The notes under the pieces: model-generated
The model's database searches: none
The model's input: only the letters and a program-made list of their open reading frames with translations
Told to the model about the DNA's origin: nothing
Program-made: the position numbers and the translations under genes
Assembly (NCBI GenBank): GCA_965203905.1
Contig: CBDBDQ010000005.1
Span: 5,088,001-5,152,000 of the forward strand
Reading direction: 5' to 3'
From: Spirochaetia bacterium
GTDB lineage: Bacteria > Spirochaetota > Spirochaetia > SZUA-6 > Bin103
Length of the DNA stretch: 64,000 nucleotides
Shown: positions 39,868-49,694 of the stretch, piece by piece
How positions within the stretch are numbered: the stretch's first letter is position 1
How the letters are laid out: each line of letters opens with the position of its first letter

Positions 39868-40250
39868 AGACCATGCGATGGAGCGAATGGCGAGCCGTAG
39901 CCGATGACCCGAGAAAGTGGACGAACCGATGGGAGCGAGGCTTGCTGAAGGTTGAGTACGTGACCGACTACATGTTGCGACTCTGGTTTGAGGAAGAACT
40001 GGACGTCTCCATCTACGAGTTGGACTTTCGGCCGCTCCTGATCGAGGAGAATCCCGGCGTCGTGTTTCAATCGCTGAGGGACAAGAGACGATTCCGTATG
40101 GTTCGAGCCGACTACGCCTTGGTTTGGCCCAATCCCGAGACCGGCGAACAGGATGAGCAAACGATTGATCTGGCCCCCGAGTGTGTTCGCTTCTTCTGTG
40201 AGCGATACGGTAAGCTGCGGTCGCACGCCGCGGCGGCGCGGCCCCCGTAG
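39864..40250 (+). CDS. DUF2442 protein (TA partner)
   Basis: DYMLRLWFE, VFQSLRD...F, LVWPN, IDLAPE. Confidence 0.78.
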   Translation: MKTMRWSEWRAVADDPRKWTNRWERGLLKVEYVTDYMLRLWFEEELDVSIYELDFRPLLIEENPGVVFQSLRDKRRFRMVRADYALVWPNPETGEQDEQTIDLAPECVRFFCERYGKLRSHAAAARPP

Positions 40251-40429
40251 GGCCAGGTGTGGCGCGATCTCCCGTTGCCGCTGCGATGGTTCGGCACTTC
40301 TCGAGCATCTGCCCCCGTTCGACGGGGGGGCATGCTACACTACCGTCATGATCAGCCGTGGCATTCGCGGTTATATGGCTCGCGAGTGGCGAACGGCGCG
40401 GGCTGCCAAGGACGCGTATTGGGCCGCTG

Positions 40430-41377
40430 TCAGGTTCTGTCCCGGCCGGCGCCGTAGCGCCCGAGGCGGCCGCGGAGGCGGGGGTCGAGCAGGTCGCGCA
40501 CCGCGTCGCCGAACATGTTGAGGCTGTACACCACCACGGTCAGGCACACGCCCGGCCACAGCGCCAGGTGCGGCGCGATCTCCATGTACTGCCGCCCCTC
40601 CCGGCTCAGCATGCCGCCCCAGCTCGGGATGTCCGGCGGCAACCCGAAGCCGAGAAAGCTCAGCGCCGCCTCCGCCATGATCACCCCGCCGACGTTGATG
40701 CTGAAGATGATGATGATCGGCGCCGCGATGTTGGGCAGCACGTGGCGCAAGAGCGAGCGCCGGCGCGAGCTGCCGATCGCCTGCGCCGCCTGGAAGTAGA
40801 CGTTCTCCTTCACCCCCAGCACCGCGCCGCGCACCACCCGCGAGGCCGGGATGCCGCCCGACACCCCCAGCACGATGATGATCTGCGCCATGCCGCGGCC
40901 GGCAATCGACATGATGGTGAGCAGCAACAGCAGCCCCGGGAACGCCATCCAGGCGTCGACGAAGCGCTGCGTCACCAGGTCCAGCCGGCCGCCGATGAAG
41001 CCGGTGGTGCCGCCGATCAGCACCGCCACCACGACGTTGAGGGCGGTGGCGGCCAGCCCCACCGTCAGCGACAGCCGCGCCCCGTGGATGAGGCGACTCA
41101 GCAGGTCGCGCCCGACGTGGTCGGTGCCCAGCAGGTACTGGGCCGAGGGGGCCTGCAGGCGGTCGCGCAGGTGGATCTCCTGGTAGCGGTAGGGCGCCAG
41201 CGAATCGGCGAAGATGCTGACCAGCACCAGGATCAGGATGACGATGCCGCCGGCGGTCCCCAACGGCTGCTCGCGCACCAGCCGCCCGAAGAACTTCCTC
41301 AGCCCGGCCTGGCCGGCCGCAGCCGCCCCCGCGACCGGCTCGGCGACGGCCGGCGTCAACGGAGATACGTCACCCAT
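40430..41377 (-). CDS. ABC permease DppC-like
   Basis: Full-length paralog. Confidence 0.92.
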   Translation of the reverse strand: MGDVSPLTPAVAEPVAGAAAAGQAGLRKFFGRLVREQPLGTAGGIVILILVLVSIFADSLAPYRYQEIHLRDRLQAPSAQYLLGTDHVGRDLLSRLIHGARLSLTVGLAATALNVVVAVLIGGTTGFIGGRLDLVTQRFVDAWMAFPGLLLLLTIMSIAGRGMAQIIIVLGVSGGIPASRVVRGAVLGVKENVYFQAAQAIGSSRRRSLLRHVLPNIAAPIIIIFSINVGGVIMAEAALSFLGFGLPPDIPSWGGMLSREGRQYMEIAPHLALWPGVCLTVVVYSLNMFGDAVRDLLDPRLRGRLGRYGAGRDRT

Positions 41378-41498
41378 GGGCTTCCCTCATTGCCTCAATA
41401 CCTCAATACCTCGTTGCCTGGTCCGAAAAGCGGACCAGCGGGCGATGCCTGTGCATCGCTTTTCACGGTCTTCCGTATCACGGAGTGACGGTGCTGCC

Positions 41499-41856
41499 TC
41501 ATTCGTAGCGGATCCGCGGGTCCAGCGAAGCATACAGCAAATCGGTCAGCAGGTTGACGAACACCACCACCGTGGCGAAGAACAGGTTCACGGCCGACAC
41601 CACCGGGTAGTCGCGGTCGTTGAGCGCGTCCAGCATCAGCCGCCCCAGCCCCGGCAGGTTGAAGATGTTCTCGATGATCACCGAGCCGCCCACCAGGATC
41701 GGGAGCTGCATGCCCACCAGCGTCACCACCGGGATGATGGCGTTCTTGACCGCGTGGCGCAGGATCACCGAGCGCTCCAGCAGGCCCTTGGACCAGGCGG
41801 TCCTGATGTAATCCTGGCGCAGCACCTCCAGCATCATGGTGCGCGTCATGCGCATG
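41499..41856 (-). pseudogene. dppB-like 3' third, near-identical to 35695-36052
   Basis: MRMTRTMMLEVLRQDY...LDPRIRYE; 5' part replaced by a TA-like fragment. Confidence 0.85.
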
Positions 41857-42206
41857 AAGGGTATGGCGACTGTACAATTGGCCGACGGCGTGTTCTGCGA
41901 AGCCGAGATCCACTGGTATGAAGCGCACGGCGTCGGCCGCAAGGAGTTCAAGACAAAGAGGGTGATTCGATGACCGACTATGTGCTGTGCATCAGCAACG
42001 CCACCAACCCAGCCAGTCTGATGCTTGGCAAAGTCTACCGGAGGTTGCCCGATGCAGAGGCCGAGGGGCACCAGATGCTTCGTGTAGTCGATGAGGACAG
42101 GTCAGAACCAGGCGGCTACCTTTACCCTGAGTCACACTTTGTTGCGATTGAGCTTCCCGAGGCGGCAAAAAACGTTCTGCGGACAGCCGGCGAACGACAG
42201 GGCTAG
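41857..42206 (+). other. TA-like two-gene module: truncated first gene (...EIHWYEAHGVGRKEFK) plus intact 41970-42206
   Basis: ATGA overlap; VLCISN...ASL..GKVY..LPD..AE...MLRVVDE...YLYP. Confidence 0.55.
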
Positions 42207-42289
42207 CATCGATCTCAGGGTCGGCCAGTCCAGGTGCGGCGGCTGCGGATCCCGCTCGAGAGCGTTCGCACTACACCGACGTGCACGCC

Positions 42290-42412
42290 CGGCGGCACCC
42301 AGACGCCCCCACCACCCCCCAACCTTGGGTCGAGCAGGTCCCGCACCGCGTCGCCGAACATGTCGAGGCTGTAGACGACCACGGTCAGGCACAGCCCCGG
42401 CCACAGCGCCAG
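42290..42412 (-). pseudogene. dppC-like 3' fragment
   Basis: LALWPGLCLTVVVYSLDMFGDAVRDLLDPRLGGGG. Confidence 0.85.
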
Positions 42413-42479
42413 AACTGCCCACCTTGTAGAGAATGATCGACAGCCGGAGCGCCCGCGACTGCGCAGCTGCCCTGATGAC

Positions 42480-42782
42480 CGGTTTCCGGCGCCCAACAAG
42501 TGCGTGACCATTGCCGGCGTGAATCGGGGCGCCCTGCCGGGCGCCGCCGCGATGCTCGCCGATTGCAGCACCTCGTCCATCTTCTTCAACGCCGCCAATT
42601 TTCAGCGTTTCGAGCTGAAAGCCGACGGCAAGCTGGTCCTCAAGAATTCCAACCTGTGCCTCGCGGTCGGTGCCGTCTCCGCCGCCACCTACTCAAGCTC
42701 CGACCGCTGGCGAACCCTGTTTGTGGACGATTGCGATAGGGCGGATGCCAAGCTTTCCCGCTGGGAGTTCATTACGCCGTAA
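42480..42782 (+). pseudogene. Ricin-type beta-trefoil fragment
   Basis: KCVT...LADC...QRF...GKL...NLCLAV...C...SRW. Confidence 0.5.
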
Positions 42783-42857
42783 GGTGGCTTGCCGCCCGAA
42801 GCCGGCCTGCGCCGTCCGAAAGTCGGCTTCGGCCGACTGAAGGCCGGAGGCGTAGGG

Positions 42858-42946
42858 TGGCGGTGAGGGTGGGATTCGAACCCACGGTACCCATAAGGCA
42901 CAACGGTTTTCGAGACCGCCCCGTCCGACCGCTCCGGCATCTCACC
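42858..42946 (-). tRNA. tRNA-Ser(CGA)
   Basis: GGTGAGATGCCGGAGCGG...GCGGT-CTCGAAA-ACCGT, long variable arm, GGTTCGAATCC, encoded CCA. Confidence 0.95.
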
Positions 42947-43090
42947 TGGGAGCGCGAGTGTTAATGGATTTCGCCCCGGTCCGAAAGGGCAAATTGGCGG
43001 CCGCCCGGAAACGCCTGAAACTGCGCCCCTAAACCATTTGACAGTGATTCTCCCCCATCGGATTGGTCCACCCCTAGGTTTCGGACTGGG

Positions 43091-43605
43091 GTAAGCGCCG
43101 CGTCACGGCCCACTGTGTGACAGCGCGTGGCGGCGACAACAGTACGTCGGTGACGGTGTGACTTACCGGGAGAAGTTCCACGGCATGAGGTCGTCGATAC
43201 GCGACATGGGGTGCATGTCGACGATCCGTCGGAGGGTCACGGTCAGGTATGTCTGGGGGGTTATGTCGTTGAGCTTGCATGTGCCGGGCAGAGAGGCGCA
43301 ACCGGCCCAGGTCCTGGCGCCGTCATCGCTGCCGGCGAAGAGCGCATTCTTGCGCGTCAGAGGGATCGGGCGGATTGCGTTCTCGACCGGGTTGGTGTCC
43401 ATCTCGACGCGGCCGTCCCGGAGGAACCGGGTCAGCCCGTTCCAGCGCCGGAGCGCATATTTGATGTGCCTTGCCAGTTCCGAGGCGTCGGACAGGCGCG
43501 CGAGCTGGGCGTCGAGCCAGGCGCGCAGGGCCTCGACGATCGGAGCCGAGAGTTCCCGGCGCGCTTCGAGGCACTGCTCCGGCGTCCTGCCGCGCACCTC
43601 TTGCA
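43091..43605 (-). mobile_element. IS66 remnant: TnpC C-terminus and terminal IR
   Basis: TRFLRDGRVEMDTNPVENAIRP...RKNALFAGS...DLMPWN; GTAAGCG terminus at 43091. Confidence 0.88.
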
Positions 43606-43648
43606 CCCGAGGTTCCCTTGGCCGCAGACTTCGGGCACCGAGGTGACA

Positions 43649-44542
43649 ATGCCGAAAACCAACGCGAGGCCGACCACCCACGCGGGTCTCAGACCCGAGC
43701 AGGTCAGCGCCTTTCAGCGCGACGGGTTCCTGAACGCCGGCCGGCTGCTGGACGACGCTGAGCTGGATGAGCTGTCGCACGAACTGGACCGCATCATCGC
43801 CACCGGGCCGGACGGTTTCGCCGACGGTGGTCCGCGGCCGGTGGTGTACCGTACCTTCGAGCCGGAACGCCCGGTCTGGCAGATCATCAACGTCTGGGAG
43901 GCGTCGACGGCTTTCGAGCGGCTGATCTACCATCCCGCCATCGTCAGGGGCATCAGCCAGCTCACCGGCTTTTCCGACCTGCAGGTGTGGCACGACCAGG
44001 TGCAGTACAAGCCCGCCCGGTCCGGCGGCGCCACGGGTTGGCATCAGGACGCACCGCTGTGGCCGAGCATCGATCCGATGACTCCGGTGTCGGCGTGGAT
44101 GCCGTTCGATGACGCCGACGTCGACAACGGCTGCATGTGGATGGTGCCGGGCTCGCACCGCTGGGGGGACCAGCAGCGGGAGTACCTCGCTTCCCTGGAC
44201 GCTCGGCGCAGCCTCGCGGACTTCGCGAGGATAGGAGAGGGGTTCACCCCACCGGAGGACGCCGAGATCCGTGAGATCATGGCGGTACCGCGGCCCGTCA
44301 AGCGCGGCGAGGTGCACTTCCACCATTCCCTGACCTGGCACGGGTCGCCGGAGAACGACTCTGCACGACGGCGGCGGGCGCTGGCCATCCACTACATGAC
44401 CAGCGAGGCGCGGTTTACCGGCCGCGACCACCTGATGCGGGAATTCATCGACCTGGCCGTGGGCGAGCCGATGGCGAAGGCGGGCCCGCACTTCCCGGTG
44501 GTGTGCCGGGACGGCACGCCAGTGGCGCCGCCGGCGGCGTGA
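43649..44542 (+). CDS. PhyH-family Fe(II)/2OG dioxygenase
   Basis: WHQD, DNGCMWMVPGSH, FHHSLTWHGS..N.S...RRA. Confidence 0.9.
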   Translation: MPKTNARPTTHAGLRPEQVSAFQRDGFLNAGRLLDDAELDELSHELDRIIATGPDGFADGGPRPVVYRTFEPERPVWQIINVWEASTAFERLIYHPAIVRGISQLTGFSDLQVWHDQVQYKPARSGGATGWHQDAPLWPSIDPMTPVSAWMPFDDADVDNGCMWMVPGSHRWGDQQREYLASLDARRSLADFARIGEGFTPPEDAEIREIMAVPRPVKRGEVHFHHSLTWHGSPENDSARRRRALAIHYMTSEARFTGRDHLMREFIDLAVGEPMAKAGPHFPVVCRDGTPVAPPAA

Positions 44543-44654
44543 TCTGACGGCTGAGCGGCGCGCCGGGGCCAGCCTGCGGGCGCGCCGTTACCTGGCGCGA
44601 TCCGCGGCGAGCCGGGCGCCGCCACCGCGGAGCGTGGCTCAGCTACCCCTGAGC

Positions 44655-44930
44655 AGCGTCCCGAGATTCTCCAGCGGGTCTTCGACGAACGGAACAAACT
44701 TCATCGGCGTGACCAGCGCCACCAGATCGGCGGGCAGATCATCACCATGATGCCGTTCCAGAAGTTCGGCGTTGCCAGGCCGATGACGGCGGCGGTGCGG
44801 CCGGCGTAGTCGACGGCCGTGTCCTGACGGACCGCCGAGTAGATGCCGACCGGCAGCGCCAGCAACAGCCCAATGAGGATGGCCATGATGCCGAGCTCGA
44901 TGATGAGCGGCAATCTACGCAGTATCTCGG
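44655..44930 (-). pseudogene. dppB-like internal fragment
   Basis: RLPLIIELG...ALPVGIYSAVRQDT..DYAGR...GLATPNFW. Confidence 0.85.
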
Positions 44931-45024
44931 CCTCTATCGGGCAGTGTCCGTATTTCCGCCTATGGTGCCCTCGCCGTAGTAACCCATGGATTCGACTCAC
45001 TGATGTCGCGTGCTGCCGCGGCAG

Positions 45025-45270
45025 TCAGGCCGCCACCGGTTCCCACTGGATAACCTCGACCACGGTGTGTTTCCGGCGGGCCTCGGCGACGATGGTCTCC
45101 AGGCGCGCCGCCACGGCATCTTCGATCCAGGCCTCGCCGCACTGCGAGCAGACCCGGGCCGGAACTCCGCGGACGACGACGACTCCGGTCTTCAGATCCA
45201 CGGCAAAGACCGTCGTGCCCGGTTCCTGCGGCCCCCCGCACAGGGCACATCTGCCCTCGTTCGACTTCAT
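45025..45270 (-). CDS. YgiT/MqsA-type zinc finger protein; DUF4258 fragment upstream (~45270-45410)
   Basis: CALCGG...GVPARVCSQCGE; upstream PSCLLL...PLHVV...YVITA. Confidence 0.8.
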   Translation of the reverse strand: MKSNEGRCALCGGPQEPGTTVFAVDLKTGVVVVRGVPARVCSQCGEAWIEDAVAARLETIVAEARRKHTVVEVIQWEPVAA

Positions 45271-45454
45271 GAAGTCCTCCTTCGCGTCTTGTAGTCCGCC
45301 TCGAAATGCTCCGGATCCGGCCGCTAGGCGGTGATCACGTAGCCGATGCCCGCTTCCACATCGACGGCCGCGACAACGTGGAGGGGTTGCTGTCCCATGT
45401 GCAACAAGAGGCAGCTTGGAAGCGGCCTGTAAACGAGTGGTCGGTCAGGTTGGC

Positions 45455-45889
45455 TCAGTGGGGTTCGGCTCGAAATACAGGAATCCGGCGCTCGGTCTTG
45501 TTCTGATAGTCGGCGTAGGGAGGGAAGGCGGCCACGGCGAGGTCCCATAGCCTGGCGCGCTCCGGGTCATCCTGCACCTCACGCGCCCGCATCTCCTGCG
45601 TCGAAGTTCCGTCACGGATCGTCACCGTCGGGTTGGCCCGCAGGTTGTGCACCCACACCGGATCGGTTGGCGCGCCGCCCCGGGATCCGACCAGCACGTA
45701 GCCGTCACCATCCGCTACCCGCATCAGCGGCGTCTTGCGGATGGCGCCGGTCTTGTTGCCGATGTGTGTCACCACGATTACCGGCAGCCCGGTGTCGCGC
45801 AGGGTGGTCCCCTCGTTGCCACCGCTCCGTTCATACAGCTCCACCTGGTCACGTACCCACTGCACCGGACTCGGAATGTACTCAGCCAT
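45455..45889 (-). CDS. Deazaflavin (F420)-dependent nitroreductase family (Ddn-like)
   Basis: GNKTGAIRKTPL, VGSRGGAPTDPVWVHNLRANP, YADYQNKTERRIPV. Confidence 0.9.
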   Translation of the reverse strand: MAEYIPSPVQWVRDQVELYERSGGNEGTTLRDTGLPVIVVTHIGNKTGAIRKTPLMRVADGDGYVLVGSRGGAPTDPVWVHNLRANPTVTIRDGTSTQEMRAREVQDDPERARLWDLAVAAFPPYADYQNKTERRIPVFRAEPH

Positions 45890-45996
45890 CACGTCGCACC
45901 CCCATGGCAGCGATGCTACCGCAATCCGGGTCCGCGCGTCCGCTTCACGCCGCGGCCGGGACCGAACCTGCATGTTCGAGCAGTGCTTCCGGCAGG

Positions 45997-46884
45997 TCAG
46001 GCGGTCGCTGCATCGATCCGGGCGCGGTCGCCGGCATCCAGCTCGAAGTCGGCAGCGCGTGCCGAGTCCGCGATGGTGGCGGTGCGGCTGGCGCCCACGA
46101 TTACCAGCACGTGCGGCCCCTTGGCCAGCAGCCAGGCGAGCACCAGTCGCTGCGGGCTCACGCCATGGCGCTCGGCCAGCCTCGCAACCGCGGGGTGCCG
46201 TCGAGCAAGATCGCGCGCCCCATGCGGCGGGGCAGCGATGCCGCCCAATGGGCTCCAGGGGATGAATGCCAGTCCCCGCGTCTCGGTAGCCGCCAGGGCG
46301 CCGTCCCGCTCGGGTTGCCGGTGCGCCAGCGAGTACTGGTTCTGGGTGCTGGCGATCGCGGTCACGGACTGGGCCTCGTCGAGTTGCGCGACCGAGTACT
46401 CGCTGACCCCGATGAAGCGCACCTTTCCTTCTTCGCGCAGGCGGGCAAGCGCGCCGATGCTCTCGGCGATCGGCACCTCGGGATCGGGCCGGTGGTGCTG
46501 CAGGAGGTCGAGCCGCTCGACGCCGAGGTTGCGCAGGGAAGCCTCGCACTGCCCACGCAGGTACTCCGGGCGGCCGTTTGGAACCCAGGCTCCGCCGGGG
46601 CGCATGTGACCGGCCTTGGTTGCCACCACCACCCGCGCGCGCACGTCTGCGGAGAGCTGCGCCAGGGCGGTACGAAACAGGCGCTCGTTGTGGCCCATGT
46701 CCGATTCGCCGCGGCCGTAGCTGTCCGCGGTGTCGATGAAGGTCACGCCCTGGTCTACGGCATGATGGATGACCTTGATCGCGGTTGCCTCGTCGGGGCG
46801 CGTCTCAGGGACGGACAGTGGCACGCCGCCGAGACCGACGGCGCTGACCGACAGGCCGGTGTTGCCAAGTGGACGGTATCGCAT
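45997..46884 (-). CDS. Aldo/keto reductase
   Basis: GLG, FIDTADSYG, ATKAG, SLRNLG...DLLQHH, GKVRFIGVS, PWSPLG. Confidence 0.92.
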   Translation of the reverse strand: MRYRPLGNTGLSVSAVGLGGVPLSVPETRPDEATAIKVIHHAVDQGVTFIDTADSYGRGESDMGHNERLFRTALAQLSADVRARVVVATKAGHMRPGGAWVPNGRPEYLRGQCEASLRNLGVERLDLLQHHRPDPEVPIAESIGALARLREEGKVRFIGVSEYSVAQLDEAQSVTAIASTQNQYSLAHRQPERDGALAATETRGLAFIPWSPLGGIAAPPHGARDLARRHPAVARLAERHGVSPQRLVLAWLLAKGPHVLVIVGASRTATIADSARAADFELDAGDRARIDAATA

Positions 46885-47113
46885 GCCGCCCAGGGTAGCC
46901 AAACTCCCGCCTGGACGAAAGCAAGTCCCTCCATCTACGTGCGCAGCTCTCCCATCGGGCGGAGCCCGTGGTAGTCACGGAAGAAAAGCGGCGGTTCTGG
47001 GATTCCGCAGCCGCCGGCGCGGTGCGGGCGCCCTGGCCCGCCAGTGAGCGCCGGCAGCCGGCAAGCTCACGACCTGACCACCAACCGCCGCGCATCGCCA
47101 GCGCCGGCCGGCG

Positions 47114-48661
47114 TCAGCCGTCGGCCACCTCGAACGCCGTGACGTTGCGCCGGTCGCGGCTGAACTCTACCCCGATCAGGTGGATCGGCTCACCGCGCCC
47201 CCGGTACTTCGCCGCGTAGTCCCGCTCCCGCAACTGCGCCAGCGCCGACCCCGGCGCCGACAACTCCACCACCTTGAACTCGAACAGGTACACGTGCCCG
47301 CCGGTACGGACCGCCATGTCCAGCCGCCCGTGGGTGCTCGATTCCTCCACTGCGATCTCGTACCCCAGCGCTGCGAAGTAGGAGTAGAACACGCTCGCGT
47401 AGAATCCCTCGTACCGCGCAATGTCGTTGTTCGTGTACCATTCGTACGGGATGCTGGCGAAGAAGGCGTGGAACAACTCCTTCAGCCCCGCACAGTCGCG
47501 CGCCGCAAGCAGCCGTTGCAGGCGGATGCTGTTCGCCGTCTGGCGTTCGCTGTCCCGCACCAGATGCAGCAGTAGACACTCATTCAGGCCCTGCCGCACC
47601 TCGCGGTTTGGATAGCCCAGCCGGTACAGCGCCTTGCCGCCCAACTCCTCCTCCCCGGTGATCGTCAAGTAGCCGGTCTGGAACAGCAGCGCCTCGGTGC
47701 CGATGTGCTCCACGTCGAACGCCGACAACAGCGCCTCGGTGCTGACCGTCTGGTCCAGTGACACCGACGTTACCCGCCGCTCGAACAGCGTGTCCACCAG
47801 AAACGCCGGCGTGCCCGTCTCGAACCAGTGGGCGGCGAACTTGCGGCGGCGCAACAGCAGCAGCACGTCGTACGGGTTGTACACCTTCTCCGCTCCCAGC
47901 CAGCTATAGCCGTTGTACCACTCACGGATTCGCTCCCGGTCCAGACCGGCCAGCTCCGGGGCGAACACCGTCTCCAGGTCGCTCTCCGTGTAGCCGCAGA
48001 CCGAGGAGTAGACCGGATCCAGCGTGATGTCCGTGAGGTTGTTCAGTTGGGAAAACAGGTTCACCTTGGAGAACTTGCTGATGCCCGTCAGAAACGCGAA
48101 CCGCACGTGCGCGTCGCTGTCTTTGATGACCCCGTACAGCCCGCGCAGGTAGCTGCGGTTGGCGAGTGCCACCTCCGCCGTCTTCAGCGCGTCCAGGATC
48201 GGCTTGTCGTACTCGTCCACCAGCACCACCACCCGCCGCCCGGCGCGCGCATGCACGGTCCTGAGCAGATGCGCGAACCGCTCCGGCGCAGTGGCGTAGC
48301 GCGGGCTCACGCCCTGTTGTTCCGCCACCCCCTCCAACTGCGCCATCACGTTGGCGTGCAGATGTGCGGGCTCGGTAAAGCTGCTGCCGCCGAAGCTCAG
48401 CCGCACCACCGGATGCCGCTCCGACCAGTTGTGGCCGGCGTGGATGTGCAGCCCTTCGAACAGCTCCTCGCTCCCTTCGAACAGTTCCTTGAGCGTGTCC
48501 AGGAACAGGCTCTTGCCGAACCGCCGCGGCCGCGACAGGAAGTAGTGTTTGCCTTCGTGGCGCAGCCGCTCGATGTAGGCGGTCTTGTCCACGTAGTAGC
48601 AGCCCTCCTCGCGCAACTCGCGAAAGGTCTGGATGCCGATGGGCAGCCGACGCCGTGTCAT
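47114..48661 (-). CDS. AAA-ATPase with C-terminal PD-(D/E)XK nuclease (DUF1703 type)
   Basis: LPIGIQTF, YYVDKT, SRPRRFGKSL, VDEYDKP, GRLDM...FEFK. Confidence 0.92.
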   Translation of the reverse strand: MTRRRLPIGIQTFRELREEGCYYVDKTAYIERLRHEGKHYFLSRPRRFGKSLFLDTLKELFEGSEELFEGLHIHAGHNWSERHPVVRLSFGGSSFTEPAHLHANVMAQLEGVAEQQGVSPRYATAPERFAHLLRTVHARAGRRVVVLVDEYDKPILDALKTAEVALANRSYLRGLYGVIKDSDAHVRFAFLTGISKFSKVNLFSQLNNLTDITLDPVYSSVCGYTESDLETVFAPELAGLDRERIREWYNGYSWLGAEKVYNPYDVLLLLRRRKFAAHWFETGTPAFLVDTLFERRVTSVSLDQTVSTEALLSAFDVEHIGTEALLFQTGYLTITGEEELGGKALYRLGYPNREVRQGLNECLLLHLVRDSERQTANSIRLQRLLAARDCAGLKELFHAFFASIPYEWYTNNDIARYEGFYASVFYSYFAALGYEIAVEESSTHGRLDMAVRTGGHVYLFEFKVVELSAPGSALAQLRERDYAAKYRGRGEPIHLIGVEFSRDRRNVTAFEVADG

Positions 48662-48819
48662 TGGCCTCATCTTACCGCGTCGCCGGCAATGCACAAATCC
48701 GTCACCTGTCGTTGGCGCTGCTGAGCGGCGCCATCGACACCCGCGTAGGCGACTCGCTGCTATCGGTGCTCCAGTGACGAGGTCGGTCGTGTGAAGCCGC
48801 GCGCGGTACGTCGCACCGG

Positions 48820-49689
48820 CTACGTCGCGCGGTCGGTACCGAGACGCCCGCCACCGCCTCTGAGCCGCGGGTCGAGCAGATCCCGCATCGCGTCGCCGAA
48901 CATGTTCAGGCAGTAGACGACAATCGTCAGGCAGGCACCGGGCCAGAACGCCAGCCAGGGTGCCTGCTGCATGTACTCACGCCCTTCCCGACTGAGCATG
49001 GCACCCCAGCTCGGCACGCCGACCGGCAGACCGAATCCGAGAAAGCTCAGAGAAGCCTCGGCGATGATTGCCCCGCCGACGTTGATGCTGAAGATGATGA
49101 TGACGACCGGCATGATGTTGGGCAGGACGTGACGGATGAAGGTTCTCCACTTCGAGGCGCCGATCACTTCGACCGCCTGGAAGTACGCATTCTCCTTGAT
49201 GTCGATGACGGCGCCTCTGATGAGTCTGGAGCCACCGATGCCTCCGGTTACCCCCAGGACCACGATGAGCTGTGGCAAACCCCGTCCCACGATGGACATG
49301 ATCGTCAACAACACCAGCAGTCCCGGGATAGCCATCCAGGCATCGACCAACCTCTGCACGACCAGGTCTACCCGGCTACCCAAGAACCCTGACGTGCCGC
49401 CGATCAGGGTGGCGACCACGACATTCAGAGCGGTCGCCGCCAGACCGACGGTCAACGAGAGCCGGGCCCCGTGGATGAGACGGCTCAACAAGTCTCGCCC
49501 CATCTGGTCGGTACCGAGGAGATAGCGGGCTGATGAGCCGGTCAGCCGGTCTGCCAGGTGCATCTCGAGATAGTCATACGGGGCCAGAGCATCGGCAAAG
49601 ACAGCCACCAGAATCAGTATCAGAATGATGATCCCGCTGATAGCACCGAGTGACTTCTCTTTCCACATCCTGACAAGGAAAGCAGCCAT
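48820..49689 (-). CDS. ABC permease DppC-like (locus D)
   Basis: Paralog motifs. Confidence 0.9.
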   Translation of the reverse strand: MAAFLVRMWKEKSLGAISGIIILILILVAVFADALAPYDYLEMHLADRLTGSSARYLLGTDQMGRDLLSRLIHGARLSLTVGLAATALNVVVATLIGGTSGFLGSRVDLVVQRLVDAWMAIPGLLVLLTIMSIVGRGLPQLIVVLGVTGGIGGSRLIRGAVIDIKENAYFQAVEVIGASKWRTFIRHVLPNIMPVVIIIFSINVGGAIIAEASLSFLGFGLPVGVPSWGAMLSREGREYMQQAPWLAFWPGACLTIVVYCLNMFGDAMRDLLDPRLRGGGGRLGTDRAT

Positions 49690-49694
49690 GTTCA

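Noticed and set aside
42858-42946. tRNA-Ser as the att site of an island in this window
   Set aside because: I found no duplicate of the tRNA 3' end and no adjacent integrase.
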